A stretch of 64,000 bases of DNA from the human T2T-CHM13v2.0 reference genome, Homo sapiens: assembly GCF_009914755.1 (NCBI RefSeq), contig NC_060930.1; one strand, given 5' to 3'. The notes beneath the pieces were generated by a model that did not search any database, was not told the origin of the DNA, and saw nothing but the letters and a program-made list of their open reading frames with translations. Shown piece by piece: positions 13,470 to 29,499 of this stretch. A program made the translations under genes and the position numbers. Each line of letters starts with the position of its first letter. Within the stretch, counting starts at the first letter, position 1.

Positions 13470-13700
13470 TAAAAAACTCACTTTTATTAATCATTATAAC
13501 ATTTTCTTATAAAAATTTACATTTTACAAATGCCCGACAGGATAGGTAATATTATATCTCAATTATAGCTAAAAATCTGAGAAATAGGAAGTTTAGGTAA
13601 CTTAGCATGATAACAGATTTGAGAAGAGCTAAAGCCAGGTTCAAACCTATATCTGCCTAACTATCAAAAATTATGTTGAACATTCCTATGTTGCCCTTTT
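13470..13700 (-). mobile_element. MIR SINE
   Basis: ctgagaaataggaagtttaggtaacttagc...agccaggttcaaaccta. Confidence 0.6.
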
Positions 13701-14429
13701 ACTATGTGAAATTAAAAGATGTTAAAGGAGAATCACATTCATTTAAATTTAACCAAAGCAATGGAAAGCCTTTCAGGTGCTAATCACTGAGAATATTCTG
13801 TAATCTGAAGAGCTTGTGATCTTACCCTGGGTCCTGACCTCTAAAAATGTAAATTCTAGAACTAGGGAAAGATAACTTAATTCTACTCAATTACCCTTTG
13901 AGTATGTTGTTTCATTTGTTCATTTTTTGTTTTCCTTTGTTTTTGGCTCTCCAAAAATCATAATGCCAGAATTCAAGGCATTGCTTACCTGTGAAGCAAA
14001 ATAGGTATGGATTTCTGGAACACTTTGCTCTGAACCGAGAAAAGGGATTAGCTCAAGAGAGGAGGCATGTGTATGGAGAAGATGTTAAGCTTTCCAGCTT
14101 CTGCTTTACACTCCCTTAAGTGAAGAAGCCTCAAGAAACCAAGAGAGTAATGTTTTGTGTTCTCACAGTTTTTAATACCTTAAACCTGTACCAGCAGATA
14201 CATGTGGAGCAATATTTGTCAGAGCTGAGCTGGTCCATCCATCAGATCACTTGGTCTTATGGTAAGGGGAGGGAAAACTAAGAGGTAAACTAAAGTATCA
14301 CATAAATAGTGTATTGAGGAACAGTTAAAAATCTCTATTTTTATGAATCTTTTTTGATTAGTAATATAAGTGTAAGTGTTTTTCACAGCTAAATGCACTG
14401 AACTAATATAAAGTTGAAAGGTAAAACTT

Positions 14430-14851
14430 AGACGAAAGCTATGTTTCTGCTCCTTTTTTCTGCTGGAAAGCCAGATTGCAGAGATGTGGACATTTCTGTT
14501 GTAACATTCCTAAATCCAAGTTTCTATGTGTTAGTTTCGAGGGAACAGCTGATAATATCTTGCCTCCAGCTTACTGTTCCCTGAACCATGGCTACAGCAA
14601 TGTGTTCTGAAACTAATGGTTTCAGTTTAAGCTTTCTAATCCACCACTCTCCTTCTTCCTGATAGGGCAGAAGGAGTAGAGCCCCTGGCAGGTTAGTTCT
14701 GTGGTATTCTGAAAATCATTCCCAGAGACATAATCAATCAAGCTTCTTCACCATTTCTAACATATTTTAAACAGCAAATTCTATTTAACCATTTTCTGTC
14801 TAAGATACTAGTGTTATGTCTGTTTTCTTTAATGAATGCTAAATTATACAC
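14430..14851 (+). mobile_element. ERVL LTR (LTR33-like)
   Basis: gttagttctgtggtattctgaaaatcattcccagag...ctaagatactagtgttatgtctgttttc...ataca. Confidence 0.6.
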
Positions 14852-15546
14852 AGTATTGATAGATGCATCTTTCCTAGTGTCACAAATGAAGATAAATTTA
14901 TATGTATTTTCCGCAGTCAAGATGGCTGTGAGAGAGGAAAAGACATTCCTCTTCCAATGACTGAATTATAAATGGCATTAAAAACATGGAATGACACAGA
15001 GATGAAGAGTCTACTAATCCTTCCTGCAGGATCAGGAGAGGTTTTACAATAAACTTGATATTTGAATGTCATATTAAAAAAATAAATGATTTTATCAGTA
15101 TGACATGGTGTAGGTGACGTATTTTTGCTAAAAGGAGGAGCAAGCATAAACGCATGACATGTTGAAATTAAATGATGTATTTAGGGAATCATGAATCTGC
15201 TTGTGTGATTAAAGAAATGGGCAAAAGCTTGGACATTGTGGGATATAAGACTTGAAAGGACAATTCGGGGCAGAATATCAAGTATTTTAATATATTCTAA
15301 CACCAGAGGAATGGTTAAAAGTGCAAGATATTTTTTCTTGGAAAATATAATGGGACTTGTATATCACTAGCTGACTTCAACTATTCAAACTTCTATAATA
15401 TTAAAAAATAGGTATTTTCTGTGTGTCTGTGAAGAGAAATTTAGAAACTAGTAGATAAAAATTGTAGCTACTAGGCATGGTAGGTTGGAGTAGTGATCTC
15501 AATTTTTTACTTTCTCTTTGCATTGCAGTTATGCATCCATAACCTA

Positions 15547-18082
<2,536 letters not shown>

Positions 18083-18249
18083 GAAATACATAGTAAATTT
18101 TCATGACAGGCTGGTCTATAATATGTGTTTTGAAGGAAAAAGGTGGTAGATCTGAGGAAAGACTCGAACATACATGGTTTTGCTAGCTCTCTGGAACTTC
18201 TCTCAACTGCATTGAGAATTCCTTGAGTAGTTGCTGCTCCGAAGAGACT

Positions 18250-18420
18250 AAGAAAACATACCAAGCAAACCTGATCTCAGCCCAAAGTATGAAGACAAAC
18301 CCATTGGAATTCAGCAAAGTCACAGCTCACCTACTTATCAGTAAGAAAGAATAATAATAAAGATTTGTTGTTGTTACTGAGATTTTGAGAGTGCTTATTT
18401 TGAAGCAAAACACTAACTTA
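18250..18420 (+). mobile_element. Old MaLR (MLT1J/K-like) LTR 3' part
   Basis: aataataataaagatttgttgttgttactgagattttgagagtgcttattttgaagcaaaacactaact. Confidence 0.5.
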
Positions 18421-18499
18421 TTCTTCAAGAAAGCCTTTATTCAATCCATCCTCTCTTAAAAAAACAGAAAAACTTGGAGGCATTCTTTCTAGGAATAAT

Positions 18500-19150
18500 C
18501 AAATAGAGTCTGAACATATATTTCTCTCCACTTTCATAGCCCTAACCATTATTATCTTCTGCTTAGAAGACTCTAAAAGCAATTTAAAACATTCTGTCAC
18601 CAAAACTATGCATTACATGGTAGTGAGAATAACCTTTTATAAAGTTGTTGGATCATTTTGTCCCATGTTTAAAATACTTTAATGCTTTCATATGCACTAA
18701 AAAGAAAACGCATACTCCCTATAGGACCTTTAACGGTCCCTTCCCAGTTCATCTTTACTCTGTGCTACACTATCCTTCCCTTTTGTACTCGAACCACATT
18801 GAACTTTTTCTCTACCATGAACATGCCAATCTTGACCTCATGTTGGGTCACTGAAATTACCCTGTGCCTGATATTCTTCCTGCCTGATTCTTCTTGTTAC
18901 TAGTTGTTTTCATCCTTTAGATATTAGCTTAAATATTTCCTCCTCCACTGCCATTCCTGTTCATGCTGTCGTTCCCTATTTCTTAAAAGTATTTATCAAA
19001 ACCAGCAATTTGTTTATTTTCTCAATTATTTTTTCCCATATGAATGTACATTTGTTGACAGCAAGAACCATATTTGTGTTCTTTGGATTGCTTACTGCTA
19101 CATTCTTAGTTATTAGACCAGGAAAATATATATTTACTGAGGGAAAGAAA
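18500..19150 (-). mobile_element. L2 LINE fragment
   Basis: ttctctccactttcatagccctaaccattattatcttctgcttag...gaatgtacatttgttgacagcaagaacc...atatttactga. Confidence 0.55.
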
Positions 19151-19860
19151 AAGGTTAAATCAGTAAATGCATATATTTGTTAGAGACACAATAGTTCAGG
19201 TATAATTATTGGTTAGATATTGAATAAAATGAACTTTATAATCATTTACATTCAAAAATCTATTGTGTAGTTATACTGGCATATTTTATTAAAACATAAA
19301 TGGAAAATATGGAGACCATATCTCAGGTCCTTCTTTCATCTCAGCATGATCAACTTTGAGCTAATCTGGGTTAGAACACAGAATAGCCACTAATAGGCAA
19401 TGTTGTTCCTTTACCATTCCCGAAGTCCCTAGCTGTAATGCAAAACTGTAAATGTATACTTTATAAATTATGGCACTTACATCATACAAACAAGAGGAAG
19501 GCACCACCATATTTCAGGTGACCTTTTCTTCTCCAGGGTGGGTTAGACTTTGTTGACCTTGATAATTTACTGACCTCTACAGGTGTGCTTGTAATTAAAT
19601 AAGCAAGCTTGTCTGAAACAATATTGGGACAATTAAAAAGAAAATAAGCTTTAAAGGTATCACACAAGTTTTAACTCATAGGGATTGGAGCACCGGAAAG
19701 TACTCTCACCAGTCAAGCACCACATTATAGTCGCACCTCCTCCTGTAATCTATTCTACAGGAATTCAGTGTGTTTGTATGTATGCATGTCTGTGAAATCT
19801 AATGTTGGAAATCTGAAGTGTAAGAAGAACATGCCTAGGCAAAGATGCATTAAAAAGCTT

Positions 19861-20035
19861 AAATTAGCCGGGTTTGGTGGCGGATGCCTGCAGTCCCAGC
19901 TACTCTCCTATCCAGCTAGGCTGAGGCAGGAGAAAAGCTTGAACCCAGGAGGCAGAGGCTGCAGTGAACTGAGATGGCGCCACTGCCCTCCAACCTGTGC
20001 GGCAGAGTGGTGCTCCATCTCAAAAAAAAAAAAAA
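19861..20035 (+). mobile_element. 5'-truncated Alu (right monomer only)
   Basis: aaattagccgggtttggtggcgg...ctccatctc followed by an A tail; imperfect TSD aaaagctta / aaatgctta. Confidence 0.92.
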
Positions 20036-20049
20036 TGCTTATGAAAATA

Positions 20050-20470
20050 TGTATTTCCCAAAATGCAAAGAACCCAAATATCTATCAGTGGATGAAGGGT
20101 AAATATACAATGTAGTATTTTCATACAATTGAATATTATTCAATGATAAAACTAAAGTACTGGCATATGGTAATACATGGATAAAACTTGGAAACAATAT
20201 GCTAAGTAAAAAAAGCCATTCCCATATGTACGATTCCACTTATATTGTGTCCAGAATAGCAAACATATAGAGACAGAAAGTAGATTAGTGTTTGCCACAG
20301 GCTGGCGAAGGAAAGATGGGTAGTGACTACTAATTAGCACGAGGTTTCTTTTGGGGGTGACAAAGTATTCTACAAGTAGATAGTGGTCACAGTTGAAAAC
20401 AAACTCAGCTGTACACTTGAAAAGGTGAATTATATAGTATGCGAATTGTGTATCAACTAAGGTCTTACAA
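20050..20470 (+). mobile_element. L1MB-type 3' end
   Basis: gtccagaatagcaaacatatagagacagaaagtagattagtgtttgcc...gtttcttttgggggtgac...gaattatatagtatgcgaattg. Confidence 0.85.
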
Positions 20471-21624
20471 AAAAGTAGTGCTTGTGGGGCAGGACTCTAA
20501 TATATTATGGCTGTCCTCAAATTAGCAAAATATTCACACAAATGTGTCTATTATAGATGGCATATCTGAATTATCTCCTCTGTATTATGGAAAAAGATCA
20601 CCACGATAGTATAATTATTTACATATTCAGCAGAATTTGAATAAATTTGTCACCGGATTTCTCAGTGTAGAAATGTCTTATGCCTCATTAATTCTGAATA
20701 TTTGTTTGCCTCAAGATTTCTTTATTTTTATAAAATAGGCCTTTGGAGGTAGATAATAAGCTGATATCAATAAGATTACTAAACACAATCCATTCTAACA
20801 AATAGTCAAATAATTATTCCATATCCAAGGATAAGAAACAGGGTAAATCTTTACAGAAAAAATATAATCCTTTGATGTACATCTTTGCAACCATTAAAAT
20901 CATACTTTGATTACTATTTGATTTAGCCTGTGAGTGTTTTGAGGGTAAAGATTAAATCTTATGTAGTGTTACATCATTAGCCTCTAGGAAAAATTCAAAC
21001 ACTTTGAAGGGACGCATAAAATGTTTATCAGATATATACTTCAATACAATGAAACACATCAATTTGAATCCTTTTCATCAAAAAGTAATATAATGAAGTT
21101 GTTACTAGCTTTAAAATTATAATTTTTTTCCCTTAAATAACTTTATTATACTTAGAATCAGCAGATTTCTCACTTTTAAATTGAATATATATGCATATAT
21201 ATAAATTAATATATGTTTAATTACATATTTATTCAGCATAACCAAGTTTCTCTTTGTAAACTAACATACAACTTATTTCTTGTACATCTTGTTCAATTAT
21301 TTTGTGTCTGGACAACCTACTTCACTATAATCCAGAAAGCAGAAACTGCCACCAACATTTGATCAACTGGGATATAAGCTTAGAGATATTATCTCCATTA
21401 CTGTATTTTTAGGGAAATGTTTTCTAGAAGATGTTCCATATAGTACAGATCCTGTGACATTGTTTACTAAAGGGAAAAAATAATAAAACATTATACAGTC
21501 AAGTAGGATTGGGCATATTGCCTATTATTGCCCGTTTCCCAGAACGACAGTGCGATTCTTCCAGAAAATCATTGTAGTGTTAAAGTCTCTGAGGCAGCTT
21601 TTAAAATAACTATTTTGTCAATTT

Positions 21625-21770
21625 CTTGGTTGTGATACTTTGCTATTCTTATGTAGGATGTTACCGTTGAAGGTGACTGAATGAAAGATACATGGGATAT
21701 TTCTGTACTATTTTTTACAACTGACTGTGAATTTACAATCATTTCAATATAGAAGTTTAAAAAATAAAAA
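21625..21770 (+). mobile_element. L1MC/MD/ME-type 3' end fragment
   Basis: gatgttaccgttgaaggtgactgaatgaaagatacatgggatatttctgtactattttttacaact. Confidence 0.7.
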
Positions 21771-24084
21771 CAATGTGGAAGAACCCCACCTAAATTCTTT
21801 TGGCTTATTTAAAGTGTATAGTATTTGCAACTAAAAAAGTTAATAAATGAAGAAATAAACTTGTTTAACTCTATCCAACCCAGTATTTTCAAAGCACATT
21901 TGATTTAAAAATATATTTTTCAACATTTATGGTATACTTTGCTAAATAATGTCCTAGAAATTTTTCAGTTGAAACCAGCTGTTTGAATTGCAGGATTTTG
22001 AACACTATAAGGAAGATTTTCGCATTTGCTATACTGTTATCTGATTCTTATACATTTGGGGGCATGAACAGTACATAGCTTATTTCAGTAAAGGCTGAGG
22101 ATTCCTCTGGTAATCTATTCAGGGATAAAGAACAACTGTAATTCTTTGGTTTCCCCAATGCCTAATACAAAGCTTTGCACTTGAGCACAATTTTGGAATG
22201 AACTAAGGTTGTCCTTGCTTGTGGTCTCTGATTTTCTTCCCATTGCAGGGCAACAGAAGGGTGTGGTGTCAATGACTAAAGTAGATGTTATAGACATTAT
22301 CAAATCCATTAATGTTGATACTAATTTTCTAATTAGGTAAATGTGTCCATGTATCTTTTGCTCTGGACCTGAAACTTAAGGGGCGATGTATACTTTGGGC
22401 TCTAACACAGATGAGATGGACTGTAAGTTATCCATAGTATCCTGTGTACCAACTTGAACTCCATCCTTTCATCTTGCTTGAACAAGGACTGACAGCAACT
22501 GATAATGATGTTATCACAGGGAGCACTATGAATTGCTCAACTTTATTTTTAAAAAGCCAATTATTTACAAATGTCAAAAATACTAAAAACTTTCAGAGAA
22601 GTATTGCAGTGATTACTTTTAATTCAGTGTCTGAAGAAAAATTAAAGACAGCTGCATTTATATAATTCTATTTAAAGTATATACTGAAATCTGTGAATAG
22701 TAATTCATAAAATCAGAAGAGAACATAAAGTAAAAATATGCTTTGAAAATCTTGGTCTCTACCATTTGCTAAGCATTAGATATATATTTTAGCCCAAAAT
22801 ACTAGCTGTAAAAGAAATATTTTTTTTGTCCTTCAGATAAATTGAACTTGTTTCTGAGACCTCATTCATCTGGCATTGGAAAAAATAAATCTAAATTGTT
22901 TTGAGAGGACATTCTCCTTTTCCAAGATTTCTTTTAATGCAGCATAAAGATGGCATGAATTATATCTTTCCTCTGATCTCACATTCCTCAACATGCATAT
23001 TGTTATAATGCTGACATTTTAAATGTTGATATGGCATATCTTTATATATTGTTTCTATTAACATTGTTAAGACAATGACTATTTCCTAGTTTCCTTCTAA
23101 TCAATGATTCTTGGTCAAATTCCACTTTATAACAGGCACTGAATTAACACCCCCAAATGAAGAAAAAAGAATAAATAATTTGATAATGCACACATACATA
23201 GTGCTTAAAAATGCTCAGAAATTGAGTAGTTACATATGCAAATATTTTCTAAAAATTAAATTAAAAAAGGAAAATGATATTATGCAGTGAAACTCAATAT
23301 ATAATATAAATAATATTCATATTTGAAATTGAATGCAACGAATGATTTTATAGAATGGTAAAAAACAAGCTGCCTAATTGAATTTACCTAACTGAATCTT
23401 GGGTTGTAAGGGTTGACAAAAGTAGAAGAAAAGAGAATGTTTGTAACAAAACAGGTTTTTTTTTTTTAAAGGCCTCCAAAACACTGTGTTTAGACAAATT
23501 CATCAGCTACTACTCTGACTTAATTTTCACCTGTGCTATAAACGCTTTACTTCCTGCAAAAATAGTTACATTAGACTTGTCCTGAAGTTGTAATAGTTCA
23601 ATAAAATTTTATCTAAAGTCTCTTGGTGGTCTTTTTTCACACATACATATAATATTTACACTAAAATTTCAGAATGCTTCAGATTTCTTATCATTTTTCT
23701 AATTAATGGGGCTACATATTAATGCTAGTAATTATTTAACATACATGTAGGTTTCACAAAGCTCATTACATTTGTTATTCAGAAAATATATTTGTGAGGC
23801 TACAATATGTCAGTCTGTGTCCTACAGATTTAAAAATATGTTTTCAAATCGCTATTCAAACATATTTTATAATGATTTAATTATCAGCTAATATTTTGAT
23901 GAAATCAGATATGCTAAAACTATTCTATCAATATTCATTCATTACTATTTAAAATATGTATTAAAATATGCTTACAATAATGCGATATATTTTTAAGCGA
24001 TGAATAGTAAAATTTTAAAAAACAAATTGACAAGCACCTAAAGCTTATCTTACATACACTATTACCCCATTATCTGTCAATTTT

Positions 24085-24227
24085 TTTCATTTTTATTTGT
24101 TTACATTTTCTGACAGTATAGAGATAAGGTCTGGCTATGGTGCCCAGGCTGGTCTTGGTCAAGCAATCCATTCACTCCGGCCTTCTAAACTGCTAGGATT
24201 ACAGGCGTGAGACACCATGCCCAGACC
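24085..24227 (-). mobile_element. Alu monomer (FLAM/AluJ-like)
   Basis: gagataaggtctggctatggtgcccaggctggtct...gctaggattacaggcgtgagacaccatgccc. Confidence 0.85.
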
Positions 24228-24298
24228 AAAATGTGTGTTTAAAGATGAAGGTCTGAACTACATAGACAGATGTCAAATGTAATAAAAATGTTAACTCT

Positions 24299-27062
24299 AA
24301 GATCATATGGTTGTAGATGTGTAGTATTATTTCTGAGGTCTCTGCCCTGTTCCATTGGTCTATATGTCTGAGTTGGTATTGGCACAATGCTGTCTTGGTT
24401 ACTGTAGCCTTGAAGTATAGTTTGAAGTCAGGTAGTGTAATGCCTCCAACTTTGTTCTTTTTGCTTAGGATTGTCTTGGCTATATGGGCTCTTTTTGGTT
24501 CCACAAGAAATTTAAAGTAGTTTTTTTCCAGTTCCCTGAAGAAAGCCACTGGTAGTTTGATGGCAATAACATTGAATCTATAAATTACTTTGGACAGTAT
24601 GGCCATTTTCATGATATTGATTCTTTCTATTCATGAGCATGGAGTGCTTTTCCATTTGTTTGTGTCCTCTTACTTCATTGAGCAGTGATTTGTAGTTCTC
24701 CTTGAAGAAGTCCTTCACATGCCTTGTAAGCTGTAGTCTTAGGTATTTTATTCTCTTTGTAGCAATTGTGAACGAGATTTCATTCATGATCTGACTCTCT
24801 GCTTGTCTATTGTTGGTGTATAGGGATGCTTGTGATTTTTGCACATTGATTTTGTATCCTGAGACTTTGCTGAAGTTGCTTATCAGCTTAAGAAGTTTTT
24901 GGGCTGAGACGATGGGGTTTTCTAAGTATACAATCGTGTCATCTGCAAACAGAGACAATTTGACTTCCTCTTTTCCTATTTGAATATACTTTATTTCTTT
25001 TTCTTGCCTGGTCACCCTGCCAGAACTTCCAATACTCTGTTGAATAGAAGCAGTGAGAGAGGCCATCCTTGTCTTGTGTCACTTTTTAAAAGGAATGCTG
25101 GCAGCTTTTGCCCATTCAGTATGATATTGGCTATGGGTTTACCATAAATAGCTTTTATTATTTTAAGATATGTTCCATCACTACCTAGTTTATTGAGAGT
25201 TTTTATCATGAAGCAATGTTGAATTTTATCAAAGGCCTTTTCTGCATCTATTGAGATAATTATATTTTTTTTGTCATTGGTTCTGTTTAGTGATGGATTA
25301 CGTTTATTGATTTGCATATGTTGAACCAGCCTTGCATCCCAGGAATGAAGCCGACTTGATCGTTGCGGATAAGCTTTTCCATGTGCTGCTGGATTCGGTT
25401 TGCCAGTACTTTATTGAGGATTTTCGCGTAAATGTTTATCAGGGTTACTGGCCTGAAGTTTTCTTTTTTTGTTGTGCCTCTGCCAGGTTTTGGCATCAGA
25501 ATGATTCTGTCCTCATAAAATGAGATAGAGAAGAGTCCCTCCTTTTCAATTGTTTGGAATAGTTTCAGAAAGAATGCTACCAGCTCCTCTTTGTGCCTCT
25601 GATAGAATTTGGCTGTAAATTCGTCTGGCCCTGGGCTTTTTTTGGTTGGTGGGCTATTAATTACTCCCTCAATTTCAGAACTTTGTATTGGTCTGTTTAG
25701 GGATTCAACTTCTTCCTGGTTTAGTCTTAGAAGAGTGCATGTGTCCAGAAATTCATCCATTATTTCTCTGACAAACCTGACAAAAACAAGCAATGGGGAA
25801 GCCTTCTCCTATTCAGTAAATGGTGCTGGGATAACTGACTAGCCATATGCAGAAAACTGAAACTGGACTCCTTCCTTACATCTTATACAAACATTAACTC
25901 AAGATAGATTAAAAACTTAAATATAAAATCCCAAGCCATAAAAACTCTAGAAGAAAACCTAGAAAATACCATCCAGGACACAGGCGTGGGCAAAAACTTT
26001 GTGAAGAAAACACCAAAAATAACTGCAACAAAAGCCAAAATTGACAAATGGGGTCTAATTAAACTAAAGAGCTTTTACACAGCAAAAGAAACTATCATCA
26101 GAGTGAACAGGCAACCTACAGAATGGGAGGAAATTTTTGCATGATTACCATCTCACAAATGTCTGATGTCCATAATTTACAAGGAACTTAAGAAAAAAAC
26201 AACTCCATCAAAAAGTGGCTGAAAGATATGAATAGACATTTCTCAAAAGAAGACATTTATGCAGCCAACAAACATATCAAAAAAAGCTCAACATCACTCA
26301 TCATTAGAGAAATTCAAATCAAAACCACAATGAGAGACCATCTTATACCTGTCAGAATGGTGATTATCAAAAAGTCAGGAAACAATAGATGCTGTCAAGA
26401 CTCTGGAGAAATGGGAACACTTTTACACTGTTGTTGGAGATGTAAATTATTAAACCATTATGGAAGACAATGTGGCAAATCCTCAAGGATCTAGAACCAG
26501 TAATATCATTTGACCCAGCAATCCCATTACCAGGTATATACACTCAAAGGAATATAAATCATTCTACTATAAGGACACATGCACACTTATGTTTATTGCA
26601 ACATTATTTACCATAGCAAAGACGTGGATCCAACCCAAATGTCCATCAATGATAGACTGGATAAAGAATATGTGATACATATACACCATGGGCTACTATG
26701 CAGCCATAAAAAATAATGAGACTCTGTCCTTTTCAAGGACCTGGATGAAGCTGGAAGCCATCATCCTCAGCAAACTAACAGGAACAGAAAACCAAACACC
26801 GCATCTTCTCACTCATAAGTTGGAGTTGAACAATGAGAACACATGGACACAGGGAAGGGAACAACACACTGGGATTTGTCAGGGGGTGGGGGCCAAGGGG
26901 AGGGAGAGCATTAGGACAAATATCTAATGCATATGGGGTCTAAAACCTAGATGATGGGTTGAACGGTGCAGCAAACCACCATGGCACACTTATACCTCTG
27001 TAACAAACCTGCACATTCTGCAAATGTATCTCGGAACTTAAAATAAAATAAAAAATAAAAAA
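24299..27062 (+). mobile_element. 5'-truncated, 5'-inverted L1PA7/8-like LINE-1 (inverted piece 24299-25768 on -, 3' piece 25769-27062 on +)
   Basis: ORF2 fragments on - ([12 protein letters not shown]) switch to + at ttctc|tgacaaacctgac. The 3' UTR is PA7/8-type (gagagcattaggacaaata...aaaacctagatgatgggttg) with an A-rich tail. The TSD is degraded. Confidence 0.95.
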
Positions 27063-29408
27063 TCAATCATAAAAATGCCATTACTTCAACTCTTTTTAGA
27101 AAAATTCATGCTGAGTTTGATTATAATAACAAAAATTGTACATTTGCTATTGAATTTCTTTAGAGATATGACTAATATGCTACATGTGTCTTGTATAAGA
27201 TCTTATGTGATATATATAATATATTTTAGGATATAGAATGAGAAGAAAAACAAACAAACAACAAATGTTAATTGTATTTATTAACTTCACAATGGGCTTC
27301 TGCTGAAAGTGAAAAAAAAAAAAAACTCACTTCATTGGTGCTTACTATTGATACTATTTTCACTCTCCTTTCAACAAAAATCATTTGCAAATTCAAATTC
27401 CCATTGTGAAGCAAAGAAAAGGCATACCTAAAATGTCATACTCATGTTTTATATGAGAACAGTGATGTCGCTTTCACAGGGTGATAGTCTTTTTATTTCC
27501 GCAAGTAGATATTAATATTCTGAAGTCATATGTAATAAAACTATTTTATCTTAGCAGAAATAGAAAAGTAATCAAACATAAACTATATTTTTAATATGTT
27601 GAATAAGAAGTACTTATCTAAAATATTTCATTCCCTTTGATATCAATATTAAAATTTTTAGTTAAAGTACACATCATTAAATAGAAAAAAAAACACCTTT
27701 ACGTAACATTTCAGTAACAATTGTCACTATTTTAGCTCTGGTTAAATATATTCTGTATCTCTGAAATAAACACAAAGTCGAATCCATGCAAGTCTTCATA
27801 TTGTGCCGTGAATGTTGAATAACACCACATCATTTGATCCTGCTTTCTTTATTTTGGTTGACATTTTTATTTCCAAAATTTTTTATGCTTGTAGCTGAAG
27901 CTGCAGCTGAAGATCCTGCTGTTTCTCTGAGGAAAGACAAAAGGAAGAGAAAATATAAACAGGACACAAGAACATAAAGGTATTAGATCATCAATTGGTT
28001 CCATATCTGGGCCCAGAACTTTATTCGCTCTGTCTCAACTATATATTATTGTTAAGTGAACACTGCAATTTTCATATTATTCCTTAGTGTGCATATAGAG
28101 TAGATAAAGTAATTATAATATATGTAAAATATAAATGTGTGATTAATATATAACTGCTGCTTGCAGGAAACCATATATTTCAGATTAAGTTTAAACATTT
28201 TTTTAACTTCACTCTGTAAATTACATCTAAAATTATTTTGCAATGCGTTTTTAACAAGCGCAATAACAACAATCACAGCCTAGAAGAAGATGACCAAAAT
28301 TTCTCTAACAGTTGCTATCTCAAATTTAGCCAATGTAATTTATAAAGGTGAATATTGGGATAGTGTTATAAGAAGACATCCCTTTTGTGTATTTATTTTC
28401 AATATTTATTTTATTTTTATTAAAACCATTCAAAGTTTTTAAACACATCTGTGATGCTGTAATGTTTAAGGAAAGACAAAATATATAAAGAAAACAAAAC
28501 CGCTTAAAAGAAAAAAAATTGTGGGTAGAAAGACGACCTGAATATGTTACATAAAGTAGTAAACCAAAGAATGATAAAGGCAGAGTGAATTACATGTAGT
28601 CACTGATGACTGCAATTTAGAACATAATCTAATGAATATCTCTCCTTTCTCTTCAGTATGTCTCCCCTATAATCTTCCTAGCTTTTGTACTATGTGGAAA
28701 AATATGACTAACTACTTGGAAGCAAAATCAAAGTCTGGGAAACCACAGATTGAACTGAATAGAAAGAAAAAGGCTCTATTCTGGGCGGCTCCTAAGTTCT
28801 TTTCATGGTACTCAAAGAGTATTTTGCTAAATTCTGTAGAATAAGAAAGTTTAAAGTCATCAAAATCAAATCATTCAAGTCTAGAGCTACATACCTTTAA
28901 ATAAGCCATTTGTAATGTCTTTTACTTGCAAATTGTAGTCTTCAAAAACTAATAATAATTCTGATACCATTTATTCCATATATAAAGGTTAGTTTTTATT
29001 GCAGTAATGTTACTATCAATACAAAGGACCAAGAGAAGTAATAATTTAATAAGTAATAAGTAATAATTTGTTATATATTAATTATTAATTTAATTTACTA
29101 AGAATACCAACCACTCCTGTAGAACTTAAAAAACTCTAAGCACTTAAAAAACTCTAAGTTAAATGTTTACTTAATTCCATTTAACTAATGCCCATTTAAA
29201 GAATAGAAAACTGACAACAGTGAAGCAAGCTGTGTAATTTACCCAAAGAAACACATCTACTAAAGTAGAATAGATTAACTTAGATTCTATCCTAGACCAC
29301 CTAGGTAGAGTCTGTTCTCTGAAAAACAGTGGCATGTAAAAGAAATGTGAAGAGAAAAGTGGAAGAGGAGAGAACTGACATGGGATAAAAGAAAAAGTGG
29401 GAGATGAT

Positions 29409-29453
<45 letters not shown>
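29409..29453. repeat. (GATA)n tetranucleotide microsatellite
   Basis: About 11 perfect TAGA units. Confidence 0.97.
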
Positions 29454-29499
29454 GAGAAGGAGAGTCATAAAATATTTGGCTCTCAGATTTTTCTTTTAA

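Noticed and set aside
19480-19760. Unique, slightly GC-richer block, possibly a conserved element
   Set aside because: No diagnostic motif cluster or exon boundaries; cannot be supported without alignments.
29124-29158. Short tandem duplications (also about 34640, 38492, 56942 and 58168)
   Set aside because: Ordinary replication-slippage duplications.
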